Shown here in pieces: positions 16,325 to 26,755 of a stretch of 60,773 nt of DNA; positions within the stretch are counted from its first letter, which is position 1, and the number at the start of each line of letters is the position of its first letter. The position numbers and the translations under genes were made by a program. The notes below the pieces were generated by a model. It was given only the letters and a program-made list of their open reading frames with translations. It made no database searches and was not told where the DNA came from. This DNA comes from a virus (taxonomy: Duplodnaviria > Caudoviricetes), in the IMG/VR virus record IMGVR_UViG_3300030107_004154, positions 1-60,773 of that record. The stretch is one strand, 5' to 3'.

Positions 16325-18934
16325 TTATTTATCTTCTAGTTTTCTTATTCTAGAGTCAAGGTCTTCATACCCTTCTAGATCATATAAATCTTTTGGAGTA
16401 TGCGAATCTATTGCTAGTTCTTTAATTGCTTCAACTAAGAGTGGAATAACTTTTTCGTACCAAATAGTTAAGTAATCCCCATGTATAGGAGCTTCTGTAA
16501 CCACTTCTGGGAGAACTTTTTGTACTTCTTGAGCATTGAGTCCTACTTGACGCTTGTCGTTGTCATATCCTAAGCTACGAGCTAATTCATTCTCTTTAAA
16601 GTAATATCCTGTAAGTTGTAAAACTTTTTCAAGAGCATCTACTATTGGCCCTTCAAATTCTTTTAATCTTTCATCAGAGTAATAAGCAGTAATATTATTA
16701 GTTGCCCTAATTTCACCTGCTGTGCCACTTGCTGCTGTGCCTGCCCCTAAAGAGTTTAATTGAGTATTAGAACTTGTGCTTATCCCTGCCCCTGTCGGTC
16801 CTGTAGGTCCCGTCGGTCCCGTCGGTCCTGTAGGTCCGGTTGGCCCTGTAGGTCCGCCACCCCCTGTTGAACCTGGGGCACCTTTTTGTCCTTTACTTCC
16901 GTCCGAACCATCATCACCACTCGGTCCAGTAGGTCCTGTTCCACCTGTAGGACCAGTTCCACCAGAAGGCCCAGTCGGCCCAGTTGGGCCCGTTCCACCA
17001 GAAGGCCCAGTTGGGCCCGTTCCACCAGTTGAACCAGTAGCTCCTTTTTGTCCTTTTTGTCCTTTAGAACCATCTGATCCATCTGACCCATCGCTTCCGC
17101 CTGGTCCAGTTGGTCCAGTTGGACCTGTTCCACCAGTTGAACCGGTAGCTCCTTTTTGTCCTTTTTGTCCTTTGGCCCCTGCGGAACCATCACTACCATC
17201 GCTACCCGCAGGTCCCGTTGGTCCTGTGCCCCCGGTTGGTCCAGTTCCGCCACTTGGGCCCGTAGACCCAACTTCTCCTTTTTGTCCTTTTGAACCGTCT
17301 GATCCATCTGACCCGTCTGAACCAGCAGGTCCTGTAGAACCTGTAGGTCCACTAGCTCCTACCTCACCTTTTTGTCCTTTAGAACCTGTAGGTCCCGTTG
17401 GGCCTGTTCCTCCAGTAGGTCCTGCTCCTCCTGTAGATCCAACTTCTCCTTTTTGTCCTTTTGAACCGTCTGAACCATCACTACCATCTGAACCAGCGGG
17501 TCCAGTAGGTCCAGTAGGCCCTGTTCCTCCAGTTGATCCAACTTCACCTTTTTGTCCTTTTGAACCGTCTGATCCGTCTGATCCCCCTGGCCCTGTTGGT
17601 CCTGTTGGTCCTGTTGGTCCTGTAGGACCGGTTGGGCCGGTTGGGCCGGCTGGTCCTGTGTCTCCAACATCACCCGTTCTTGCAAAAGTAACTACTACAT
17701 TATTGCCATTGCCAAAGGGGCTTGCTGCCGAACTATCAACATTACTTACTGTTATATCAAAGTATCCACTTGCTTCTGATAAACTTGAAATTGTATAAAG
17801 TAGAAATTTATTAGCATCTGTTTTTAATGAAATTTTTACATGCCCTTTAATAGTAGAAGTTGAATCATCTATTGTTCTTAAGAAAGATTGAATATCACTG
17901 GAACCAGCATCAGCATCATCTATATAGATACCTGTAGCACCATTCTGAGTTGAATTATCTAGTCTAAGGGTTCCCGCTCCAGGGTCCGCATTAGTTGTTG
18001 TAGTGCTGAAAGCATATTCAAAAGATTGTCCACCAAAATTACCTTGTGGTCCGGTAGGACCTGTAGGACCCGTAGGACCTGTACCTCCAGTTGGGCCTGT
18101 ACTACCCCCTGGTCCTGTTGAGCCTACTTCTCCTTTTTGTCCTTTAGACCCGTCTGAACCATCTGAACCATCTGAACCTGCTGAACCGCCAGGACCGGTA
18201 GGACCCGTAGATCCAACTTCTCCTTTTTGACCTTTATCCCCAGCTGAGCCTCCAGGACCTGTAGGGCCTGTGCTTCCTGTTGAGCCTACTTCTCCTTTTT
18301 GGCCTTTAGAGCCATCTGAACCATCTGAACCATCTGAACCTGCTGAACCTGTAGGGCCGGATGGGCCTGTGGGACCCGTGGAGCCAACTTCTCCTTTTTG
18401 GCCTTTCGCCCCGGCTGAACCATCTGAACCATCTGAACCTGTTGGGCCTGTTGGACCTGTACTACCTCCTGGCCCAGTTGGACCTGTTGGACCTGCCCCT
18501 CCAACTTCTCCTTTTTGTCCTTTCTGCCCTTTTATACCACCAGTGGGGCCTTGCCATTCACCTGAGCTATTAATAACCTCAGAGCCACCTATTTTTACAC
18601 CAGTTATGTCAATGACACCTGTTTGAGAGTTTTGGTCTAATTGAGGAAACGTTTCTAAGACTTTAGCTGTTAAACGTAGATCACAAGCATCACCAGCATC
18701 AAAAGAACGTGCTGAAGTTCCGTCTTGTTCACGGACTACTGTGAGCGTATTACCGCTCCTGGCAGTTACTTTAACTACCTCATTGTTTGTCCCGTCATCA
18801 AACGTTACATAAAACGACTGTCCGCTACTTAGTGTAGGAAAGACCGAACCATCTGTAACTCCAATACTGGTAACAGAGGTGTTGATATCTCCTGATAGAG
18901 TCGTAGTCGCATTGTTCTTAAAAACAATTGCCAA
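16325..18934 (-). CDS. Collagen-like tail fibre with C-terminal peptidase-S74 intramolecular chaperone
   Basis: Two long Gly-X-Y tracts ([15 protein letters not shown]) separated by a ~120-aa globular insert; YYSDERLK...[17 protein letters not shown]...LLVEAIKEL. Confidence 0.92.
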   Translation of the reverse strand: MAIVFKNNATTTLSGDINTSVTSIGVTDGSVFPTLSSGQSFYVTFDDGTNNEVVKVTARSGNTLTVVREQDGTSARSFDAGDACDLRLTAKVLETFPQLDQNSQTGVIDITGVKIGGSEVINSSGEWQGPTGGIKGQKGQKGEVGGAGPTGPTGPGGSTGPTGPTGSDGSDGSAGAKGQKGEVGSTGPTGPSGPTGSAGSDGSDGSDGSKGQKGEVGSTGSTGPTGPGGSAGDKGQKGEVGSTGPTGPGGSAGSDGSDGSDGSKGQKGEVGSTGPGGSTGPTGGTGPTGPTGPTGPQGNFGGQSFEYAFSTTTTNADPGAGTLRLDNSTQNGATGIYIDDADAGSSDIQSFLRTIDDSTSTIKGHVKISLKTDANKFLLYTISSLSEASGYFDITVSNVDSSAASPFGNGNNVVVTFARTGDVGDTGPAGPTGPTGPTGPTGPTGPTGPGGSDGSDGSKGQKGEVGSTGGTGPTGPTGPAGSDGSDGSDGSKGQKGEVGSTGGAGPTGGTGPTGPTGSKGQKGEVGASGPTGSTGPAGSDGSDGSDGSKGQKGEVGSTGPSGGTGPTGGTGPTGPAGSDGSDGSAGAKGQKGQKGATGSTGGTGPTGPTGPGGSDGSDGSDGSKGQKGQKGATGSTGGTGPTGPSGGTGPTGPTGPSGGTGPTGGTGPTGPSGDDGSDGSKGQKGAPGSTGGGGPTGPTGPTGPTGPTGPTGPTGAGISTSSNTQLNSLGAGTAASGTAGEIRATNNITAYYSDERLKEFEGPIVDALEKVLQLTGYYFKENELARSLGYDNDKRQVGLNAQEVQKVLPEVVTEAPIHGDYLTIWYEKVIPLLVEAIKELAIDSHTPKDLYDLEGYEDLDSRIRKLEDK

Positions 18935-18952
18935 ACTAACCTCCTCCTACTG

Positions 18953-19375
18953 TTATGAAACAGTTACAGTCCAGGTAATTGTCATGGCGTCATTAGCACC
19001 TTTATTGACAACGCTGAACACAGTCCTAGCAAGCATTGTTCCACCGGAAGAAGCAGTTAAAAGTCCTGCCTCTGTTATAGCACCAGTACCAGTACCTGCA
19101 GCGAAAGTATCAACGTACGTTACGACCGCTCCAGAGACATTGGTTGATGTTAATGCTGTTCTAGCTGATTCACTGCCTAAAGCAGTATTACCAGCTGCCG
19201 CAGCAGTTGAGCCTGTACCAATCGCCATATACCCTATAACAGTAGAGTTATTAGCCATACGATCAGCTACATAGCCTTTTCCAGCAGTAACAACTAAGTT
19301 AGGAACTTCTTGAACAACTTTATCATTAAGGGCAATGGTTAATTTACCTTTTAATTTTAAGCCATCTTTTAACAT
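18953..19375 (-). CDS. Virion structural protein (fibre attachment/baseplate-like)
   Basis: NLVVTAGK, YMAIGTG, AITEAGLL, MLARTVFSVVNK; SD AGGAG. Confidence 0.6.
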   Translation of the reverse strand: MLKDGLKLKGKLTIALNDKVVQEVPNLVVTAGKGYVADRMANNSTVIGYMAIGTGSTAAAAGNTALGSESARTALTSTNVSGAVVTYVDTFAAGTGTGAITEAGLLTASSGGTMLARTVFSVVNKGANDAMTITWTVTVS

Positions 19376-19383
19376 AATTTCTC

Positions 19384-20520
19384 CTAGTTAAGTGTATTAC
19401 TATTTAAAGCCGACGCATTCAAAACACTTTGTCTATTAGCGTTTAGAATAGATATCGACTCTGTTATTGTAGCACTATCTTGTGCTGATTTACCAAAACT
19501 ATGTACAAGACTATCTGTAATAGTTGAGGATTCCGTTTTTGCAAGAGCAACAGAATGTGCTAAAGCCTCTGTAACGCTCGCAGTGTCTGACTTTCCTAAG
19601 TCGCTAGTATGAGTTAAAGAGTCAGTAAACTCAAATTCATCATCTGTTAATGGCTTAGAAAAAGAGTAGCTAGATGCTTCAGAAACACTTACAGACTCTG
19701 CTTTAGCTAAACTAGCAGAAAAATAAGAGCTATCTGACATCGTCATACTACTTGCTGCTGGTGTTGAAAAATCTATAGCAGGACTATCTAGCATGGAAAA
19801 AGTATCTGATCTTGCTTTGCTTGTTGAGTAAGAAAGAACATCTGCAAAACTAATAACATTAGTTTTATCCATATTTACGTCAGTCTGTAAAGGATCTGAT
19901 ACAGAAGCCCTATCATCTAGAGAAATAGCATCTGCAAAGGCTCTTGAAAATGTCACTACACGTGCGAAAGAATCAGACATGCTAAGAGTTTCTGATGGCC
20001 CTAAGTTAGCCTCTAAGACTGTAGAGTCACTAAGAGAAGCTGTTTCAGAGAGCGCCTTGTCTAAAGCATACGTTAATACTTCACTTGTACTAATTGTTTC
20101 TGTAGGGCCTAATTCAATATTAAAAGTAGCAGCATCTGACATGCTAAAGGAATCAGAATAAGAACGTCCTAGTTCTCTAACTACTACAACACTATCACCT
20201 ATGCTGACGGATTCAGAATAAGCAGTAGAAAGGTCAAAAGCTAGTTGTTCACTTATATACGCAGCATCATCTATTCTATTACTTAGGGTAAAGGCGAGTG
20301 TTTCTGTTACTGATAAAGACTCAGCAATAAGTTTATCTAAAGTCTCAGAATCTAAATAGAGGCTTGCAATCTTAAGATTTTGGTAGGTAACTAAACCCTG
20401 TAAACTAACGTAAGCAACTAGACTACTTAAATTAGTATAAGAGACCGAGGAGTTACTCTCCTCTAAGTCTATATTTGTTATTTTTAGGTTAGTGTAAGTA
20501 ACCTTAGCTTTAAAAGCCAT
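19384..20520 (-). CDS. Ser/Thr/Asp-rich repetitive virion protein
   Basis: About 19-aa quasi-repeats of type ESVSISDS/DSFSMSD throughout. Confidence 0.6.
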   Translation of the reverse strand: MAFKAKVTYTNLKITNIDLEESNSSVSYTNLSSLVAYVSLQGLVTYQNLKIASLYLDSETLDKLIAESLSVTETLAFTLSNRIDDAAYISEQLAFDLSTAYSESVSIGDSVVVVRELGRSYSDSFSMSDAATFNIELGPTETISTSEVLTYALDKALSETASLSDSTVLEANLGPSETLSMSDSFARVVTFSRAFADAISLDDRASVSDPLQTDVNMDKTNVISFADVLSYSTSKARSDTFSMLDSPAIDFSTPAASSMTMSDSSYFSASLAKAESVSVSEASSYSFSKPLTDDEFEFTDSLTHTSDLGKSDTASVTEALAHSVALAKTESSTITDSLVHSFGKSAQDSATITESISILNANRQSVLNASALNSNTLN

Positions 20521-20894
20521 TAATCGAAATCGTCTCGGACTCTAAATTTGATCAAATCCTGAACAGTTTGTATACCTCCTCCTGAAGTAGTGTATTCAAC
20601 TTCTCCTTCAAATGTGCCAGCTGCAGTCCAAGTTCCACTAGGAAAGGTACATGTGCATTGGCCATTAGAGGCGTCCGAAAGGGTCATAGTAATAGTTTTA
20701 AGAACTGTAGTACTTCCTACTTCTCTTATTCTTAACTTTACACTGCCCCCACTAAGATTAATTGCAGCCCAGGTAGTACTGTCCTCTGAATCTAAAGTTT
20801 TACCCGAAGCAGCTTCATTGCTATCTTTTAGAGTAAATACTAATTGAGGAAGTGTATCTCCTACTACTAATTTAACTGTATCTGAATATGCCAT
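20520..20894 (-). CDS. BppU-like N-terminal domain virion protein
   Basis: GDTLPQLVFTLKD, INLSGGSVKLRIR, DASNG, GTFEGEVEYT..GIQT. Confidence 0.65.
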   Translation of the reverse strand: MAYSDTVKLVVGDTLPQLVFTLKDSNEAASGKTLDSEDSTTWAAINLSGGSVKLRIREVGSTTVLKTITMTLSDASNGQCTCTFPSGTWTAAGTFEGEVEYTTSGGGIQTVQDLIKFRVRDDFD

Positions 20895-20914
20895 AATTTA
20901 TTCTACCATAAAAA

Positions 20915-23900
20915 TTATTCGTTTCTGCCACCAAAATTGCTAGTGTTTAAGTTACTATAAATAGGAATTAACTCAGGTATCTCTGTATCTAAAGTAACTA
21001 AGTTCCAAGTTTTTTCTGCTGTAGGGCCAAGCATTGGAACAAAGAATGGGTCTCCATATCTTCTATTCTCCATAAATAGTGGGAAAAGAAGAGAATATTT
21101 ACCAGGGATTCCCCCTCTATCAATTACTTCAAACCAGTACTCCCCACTGCTCATAGACTGTGATTGTCTATAATCTGTGTCTGCAGGGCTAATACCAGGT
21201 AATAACCAAGCAAGTCCTATTTTAAACCTTTCTCTTAAGTCCCAACCAATCATGGTTAAAGGAAGAACAGTTAACGCCATCATAATAAGAGGGTACATGG
21301 CATCAGGAATTTGCCCTTTATTACCGTAGATTGTTCTACTTTCTCTTAGAACTCCCCCTACAATATTTTTACCGTATGCGTAATAGAAAGACTTTAACTG
21401 CCAAACTAAAGCAAAATTAGGATCAGAGGCCCATATAGGCCTTTCTGCTGAATTTGGCCTAACAATAGCTTCGTCCACAAACCTACGTAACGCACTTTTT
21501 ATTTTTGGAGAAGTTTTTAAATTTTGACCTTGTGCTACCCATTCATTTATTTCTTTTCCTGTGATTCCTAGCTCTTCTAAATATCTTTTAGAAGTAAGCA
21601 CTTCATAGGACCCTGGTAATTTATTAGGGTCAGTAACTATTTTTGCGTGTTTAATAAGAAAGTCCCTACCCATACCAGCGGCAAAACTACGTGTCCACCT
21701 TGTCCATCTTTCTAATTGGGTAAACCTGAACCACCCATTGGTCCATTTCTGAGCATATCCATATTGAGCCTGTTGAGTTTCCCCTTGGTAAAGGTTCATA
21801 TCCATCATGGCCTCTAGTCCATTTACTCCTATGCTTTTAGCTAGTTGTGCACCCTCCTCTTTAGTTAAAGAATTAAATAAATTATCAACTATAGTTTTCA
21901 CATCTAAAGTTCTAGAACGTAAAACAGGGCCAGCAGCATCAGGAATAGAAGCAAAAACTACCATACTTAAAAGGGAAACTACATTATAAAAAAGCCCCCA
22001 GTTTGTAAATTTTTTCCATAGGTCATGTTTTATAGGGCTTATTTTGCCTAACATTGCGTTAATAGCTTCTTGGGCAATTATTTGTTCTTCTGGAGACAAC
22101 TGATCTACAAGTTTCTTTAAGTGTTCGGCCCCTCCTCTTTTCTCAAACTCTACCCTTCTTACTGTTTTTCTTACATACTCCATTAAAGCAATTTCAGGAG
22201 GACTAACCAGTTTTTTCTCAAAAAGCTCTGCAAACGTTATATTTTCAAAATACTTAGACCTTTCTCTACTCATACCAATGGTATATTCCCCTTCTTCGTC
22301 TACAACGTTATATTCATCTGACTCATTCTTACTAATTAGATCTTCTACTATTTTAGTAGCTTCTTTTAATGTAAGTCCTTTGTTCTTTTTAACTAAAAGA
22401 TCAATTAGGGCGTTTCTTAATTCTTCATTGGCTGCAATTTCTTGTAAATTTATTAGACGAGGGAAGAAGTTCTCACGTCTTTTAATACCTAGCTTCTCTA
22501 ACTCTAAGTCATCATATAACTTATCTAATAATTCTCTAACTTTTCGTGCTTTTTCGCTTAAATCTTTTGTTGCTGTAGTTTCATCAGAAGCCTCTTCTAA
22601 AACAGCTTTTGCTTCATCTGTAAAAGTAGTATTAACTCCTAAAATCTCTCCTATTTCATTAATAATTTCATAGGCTTTCCCACTCGCGGCATTAATAAAC
22701 CCTTCTTCTCCTAACACTCCTGATACTTTATGGAAGAAGTTTGCAATTTCTTCCCCTACGGGGCCCATTCTAAAAAGAATTCCATGGGCTGAATCAAAAA
22801 TCTTTTTAAACCATTTAGGTAGTTTGCCATTCATAAGCATACGGTTTGCTAGCTTTTCTATATTTCTAAGGCTTTTATGTCCAAACTTGTCACCAAAACC
22901 AGTAGATTCTAGGAGAGACTCAACATGCGCAAGTTCTTCATACCCAGGCTCTCGAGCGTCCTTCTGTTCTTGTGCTTCTTTCTGGGAGGTCTGTAGCCCA
23001 TTTACAAACTCAGCGAAAGATTCACTATAAGAGAATCGTTCAGCGACCCTCTCTTTCCCTAGTGCCGATCTAGTTATAAATTTACCAGCTGTTCCATCTG
23101 TTATATAGTCCCAGAAAGCTTTAAGGGCCTCTGTTATCTTTTTAAGGAAAGACTGCCCCACGTTAGTAGCTTTATAAATTTTACCTTTGTGTAAATCAAA
23201 GAGCAGGGAGGCAGTTTTATCAGAAAACCACTCATCAAATCCTTTTTGTCCTTGCCATTGTTTTATTCCAGGATTAGCAGCCACATCTTTTTTGTACTCT
23301 TTTAAAAGAGCATTTCTTAAGGCTTTATTTGTTAAAGAATTTTCTTTAAGTTGGTTTAGGAAAGTATGTCCTATCTCATGCCCTAACACCTTTAAATAGA
23401 AACCCATTGTCTCTAATGTTGCATTAGGGGAAATATTTAAAATAATAACATCATAGTCTTTAAAGTGGATATTCCGCCCTTTTGTCTTTTCATCATTTTG
23501 TAGTTCTGCTTGTATTCCTTCTACTATTTTATTTAAACGCGCATTCCCTAAATCAATGGATTCAGTAGTAGAAAAGACCAGAATGGGTTTAGTGATACCT
23601 AATAGTTTTCTAGCACCCTCTACTATTGTTTTCAGAAAACCAGAAGCTTCTCCAAAAAGTTCATCTACTGTATTCGAAATTTCTATTTTTGTTTTTTTAT
23701 TTACTTCTTTCCCATTAATAATAGGTTTTTCCTTAGGCATGTTCATCTTACTAAGAGGTTGTTTAGCCCATTGCTCATAAGCAGAATCCCATTTTTCTTC
23801 TTGGGTTGGTTCGAGGGTAGTTTCAGACTGTTCTTCTCTTAATTGAGATAGTTCTCCTTCTTTTGTTTCAATTTCAGTTTCTAGCTCTTCTTGAGTCCAG

Positions 23901-26743
23901 TTTTTATATTCCCACCATATTTTTGACTTACCAGAGTCTTGTAGTGCTACAAGCACTTGTTCCAGCTCTCGTATTAATGCTTCTAAATTTGATTCTCGGT
24001 CTTTGGGATCTGTTCCAAAAGTTCTCCCTTCATCTCTTTCTTGTCCTGCTAACTCTTGAAGCTCCTTAAGGGTATAAGATTTACCCCCTTGAGAATAAAT
24101 AGGCAGAGAAGCTGCATTTTCATTAGTAACTGGTTTTCCATCATATTCTAGAGTGCCTTTTTCAATAAGCTCTCCATATAATTGAGAAAAAGCATCCATC
24201 AAGTCACCATAAAAAAGATTATTACCCATTCCCATTCTTCTGAATAAATTACGCATTTGAGTAACAGCAAAAGGCATATCAATAGGTTTTCCATCAAGGG
24301 TCCACCTACTGGCTTTTTTATTTTTAAGTTTGTTTGCTCTTCCTCTTTTTCTAGCTTTTCTAAGAATACTATCGGCTTCTGCAGTAACATCAATATCTGC
24401 CTGCGCAGTTAAATTATATTTAAGAATCTCTACCCCATTTTCTGTTTCTTCTATTTTAAAAGTAGTATCTACAGTAGACTGTGTATCCATAAGGTCTAAG
24501 TATTTTTTTAGAACAAACTTAGACAACTTACCTTGAGCAAATAGTTCATCTAACTCCGCTCTAAATACTTCAGCAGTGGATAACCTAGCCTCATCATATA
24601 AATCTTGATCTGGGAATTGATCTTCATACTGTTCATCTGGAAAAGCCCAAGGTTTATTATTTCTACTACGGATAGGATTTTCTATAGACCCGAGAGAAAG
24701 GTTTTCAGGGTCACTAACAGGTTGGGGCTCAACCTCAAATATGTTTCCTTCGTCATCTAAGGTTTCCTGCATGTCATTAAAAGAAACAGGCTCCGCCCCT
24801 AGTTCTTGTACCTCTTCTAGGTGTGTTTCAGCATCTACAATGTCATAAGTGTAATTTTTGCTATTCTTAAAAACCTTATTTTTAAAATCATCAAGATGTT
24901 TTTGTCCATCTTCCTTTGGGTTATTAGTTTGAAAAGACTTAACAATGTTCCCTTTTTTATCTTTTACTCTAACAACCCAACCGTCTCTTGAGTCTCTACT
25001 ACGAGGAAAATCTAATATCCTAGCGAGCGTTTCATCTACCAACCTTTGACTAGGCATATTTAAACTAAATATATTAGTAAAGCTCTCCGCTTTTTGTTGG
25101 TTCTTAGTAAGAAGAATACCTCCTATTGGGCTTTTTAACCTCACATCAAACCAAGCATCCGTTCCATATTTTTCAGCTACCTCTTTTTCTATCTCTGCCC
25201 AATTATCTAGACTTTGAAACTCTATCCATGTGGTATCTATATCATTGGTTGGGTCCATCATAGTCTCGATCGCACCCCAAAGTTGTTCTTTTGTCTCTGG
25301 TATTACTTTACCTTCGTTTAGGCCACCAAATTTAGCTATAGTCATTTCTTTAATAGTCCTATTAATTTGGTATTTTTGGAGCCAATTATTGGCGGAAGAT
25401 ACAATCCCCCCAGCGCTGCCTCCAAGACCCCCAATACTAAGACCTGCGGAGAAACCCGCGAAAGCTGAAGTGGCTAGGTCTAATTTCATTTGCTCCTTTG
25501 AGTAACGAGGGTCAATCTGATCTTCAAAAAAGTTTTTAGTGCTTGGGTCATCAGCTGGTAATCTTTCTTGGTCCCATACTCCCATTTTTACTGAGCTTTC
25601 TATACCTGCTTGTGTAGTCTCCGCTATCATTTCAGCCCCACTTGCAGTTCCCATAGATCTAAAAACATTGCCAACAATTGAGCCCGGAGTCCTAGGAACT
25701 CCTTCTATTAAACCAGTCCCAGCAAAACCCCTAGGGAATATTGCTCTAAGAGCTTTAAACATCGTAACATCTGCTGCAAGTTCTGCTGCTGCAAAAGGGA
25801 CAGCAAGTCCTAAAGACTTCCAAGCTGAAACAGGGTCAGTGTATCCTTGTTCTGCATACTCTCCAAAAATAGTCCCTGCCCCTAATCTGTAAGACCCCTC
25901 AAAAGCACCTCCCATTGCCCAACGACCTAGGGTTTTATTTTTCATTTTTGTACGGTAGTTAGCATACACAGCATTCATTACTGCATTTTGTTTATTGGTA
26001 AGTGTAAGACCCCTTAAAGATGCTTCTACCGCCTCTCTTATAGACTGTTCAGTGATATCTGCAGCCAATAATCTTTTTGCTACTATTTTTTTAGCGCCTT
26101 GTTTAGTAACTGCAGCACCAGCTGCGGCTGTTATTCCAGCAGCTCCAGCAGGGATTGCTGCTCCTCCTGTTAAGATTGAAGCAATTCCTCCTATAGCTGT
26201 AGCGACTATGGTATCAGCAATTACTACACCCATAGTAGGCAAGGCTTCTCCTGCAAAACCTTGCATAGCTCTCCATCCATCATTACTAGCTACTTTGCCA
26301 AGGAAGCCTCCCCAAGTCTCTTCATCCCAAGCATCTGCAAATATTGCACTAGCATCTACTTTTTTTACCCTAGAAGCAGTCATTTCAGCATTGCCAGCTT
26401 GGAAAAGAGCTTCTTCTACCGCTTCTTCATTTCCAGCTAGAGAATAGAAAAGAGAACTAAGCTTATGGTGTAGTGCATCTACAGTATGAGCACCGGCCTG
26501 GGCGCCATACCCCATGATACGCGCATTATCTTTATTACTAACATCAACTTCTTCATATAGGCTAGGATCAGCATATAGACCAGCAATTCTTCCTGTATCA
26601 ACTGCATCCTCTTGGAAAATACCTGGGCCTGGTTTTATTGCTGCTTCTTCAGGTTCTAGATTAACACCACGTTCAAATATACCGCCTGGGGAGTAGGCTC
26701 CTGCTGATCTGGATCTGAATGCTTGGACTATATCATCAGCCAT
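20915..26743 (-). CDS. Large internal virion (DNA-ejection) protein with an HExxH metallopeptidase-like motif
   Basis: 1942 aa; Gly/Ala-rich hydrophobic N-terminal helices; GHEIGH...DEWFSD; C-terminal WQLKSFYYAY; position after head-tail genes. Confidence 0.7.
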   Translation of the reverse strand: MADDIVQAFRSRSAGAYSPGGIFERGVNLEPEEAAIKPGPGIFQEDAVDTGRIAGLYADPSLYEEVDVSNKDNARIMGYGAQAGAHTVDALHHKLSSLFYSLAGNEEAVEEALFQAGNAEMTASRVKKVDASAIFADAWDEETWGGFLGKVASNDGWRAMQGFAGEALPTMGVVIADTIVATAIGGIASILTGGAAIPAGAAGITAAAGAAVTKQGAKKIVAKRLLAADITEQSIREAVEASLRGLTLTNKQNAVMNAVYANYRTKMKNKTLGRWAMGGAFEGSYRLGAGTIFGEYAEQGYTDPVSAWKSLGLAVPFAAAELAADVTMFKALRAIFPRGFAGTGLIEGVPRTPGSIVGNVFRSMGTASGAEMIAETTQAGIESSVKMGVWDQERLPADDPSTKNFFEDQIDPRYSKEQMKLDLATSAFAGFSAGLSIGGLGGSAGGIVSSANNWLQKYQINRTIKEMTIAKFGGLNEGKVIPETKEQLWGAIETMMDPTNDIDTTWIEFQSLDNWAEIEKEVAEKYGTDAWFDVRLKSPIGGILLTKNQQKAESFTNIFSLNMPSQRLVDETLARILDFPRSRDSRDGWVVRVKDKKGNIVKSFQTNNPKEDGQKHLDDFKNKVFKNSKNYTYDIVDAETHLEEVQELGAEPVSFNDMQETLDDEGNIFEVEPQPVSDPENLSLGSIENPIRSRNNKPWAFPDEQYEDQFPDQDLYDEARLSTAEVFRAELDELFAQGKLSKFVLKKYLDLMDTQSTVDTTFKIEETENGVEILKYNLTAQADIDVTAEADSILRKARKRGRANKLKNKKASRWTLDGKPIDMPFAVTQMRNLFRRMGMGNNLFYGDLMDAFSQLYGELIEKGTLEYDGKPVTNENAASLPIYSQGGKSYTLKELQELAGQERDEGRTFGTDPKDRESNLEALIRELEQVLVALQDSGKSKIWWEYKNWTQEELETEIETKEGELSQLREEQSETTLEPTQEEKWDSAYEQWAKQPLSKMNMPKEKPIINGKEVNKKTKIEISNTVDELFGEASGFLKTIVEGARKLLGITKPILVFSTTESIDLGNARLNKIVEGIQAELQNDEKTKGRNIHFKDYDVIILNISPNATLETMGFYLKVLGHEIGHTFLNQLKENSLTNKALRNALLKEYKKDVAANPGIKQWQGQKGFDEWFSDKTASLLFDLHKGKIYKATNVGQSFLKKITEALKAFWDYITDGTAGKFITRSALGKERVAERFSYSESFAEFVNGLQTSQKEAQEQKDAREPGYEELAHVESLLESTGFGDKFGHKSLRNIEKLANRMLMNGKLPKWFKKIFDSAHGILFRMGPVGEEIANFFHKVSGVLGEEGFINAASGKAYEIINEIGEILGVNTTFTDEAKAVLEEASDETTATKDLSEKARKVRELLDKLYDDLELEKLGIKRRENFFPRLINLQEIAANEELRNALIDLLVKKNKGLTLKEATKIVEDLISKNESDEYNVVDEEGEYTIGMSRERSKYFENITFAELFEKKLVSPPEIALMEYVRKTVRRVEFEKRGGAEHLKKLVDQLSPEEQIIAQEAINAMLGKISPIKHDLWKKFTNWGLFYNVVSLLSMVVFASIPDAAGPVLRSRTLDVKTIVDNLFNSLTKEEGAQLAKSIGVNGLEAMMDMNLYQGETQQAQYGYAQKWTNGWFRFTQLERWTRWTRSFAAGMGRDFLIKHAKIVTDPNKLPGSYEVLTSKRYLEELGITGKEINEWVAQGQNLKTSPKIKSALRRFVDEAIVRPNSAERPIWASDPNFALVWQLKSFYYAYGKNIVGGVLRESRTIYGNKGQIPDAMYPLIMMALTVLPLTMIGWDLRERFKIGLAWLLPGISPADTDYRQSQSMSSGEYWFEVIDRGGIPGKYSLLFPLFMENRRYGDPFFVPMLGPTAEKTWNLVTLDTEIPELIPIYSNLNTSNFGGRNE

Positions 26744-26755
26744 AGTCGCCCAAAA

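Noticed and set aside
16776-18626. Long Pro/Val/Gly-rich plus-strand ORFs and Gln/Asp-rich alternate-frame ORFs over the collagen gene
   Set aside because: Expected shadows of a Gly-X-Y repeat (stop-poor antisense and shifted frames); no SD or independent evidence
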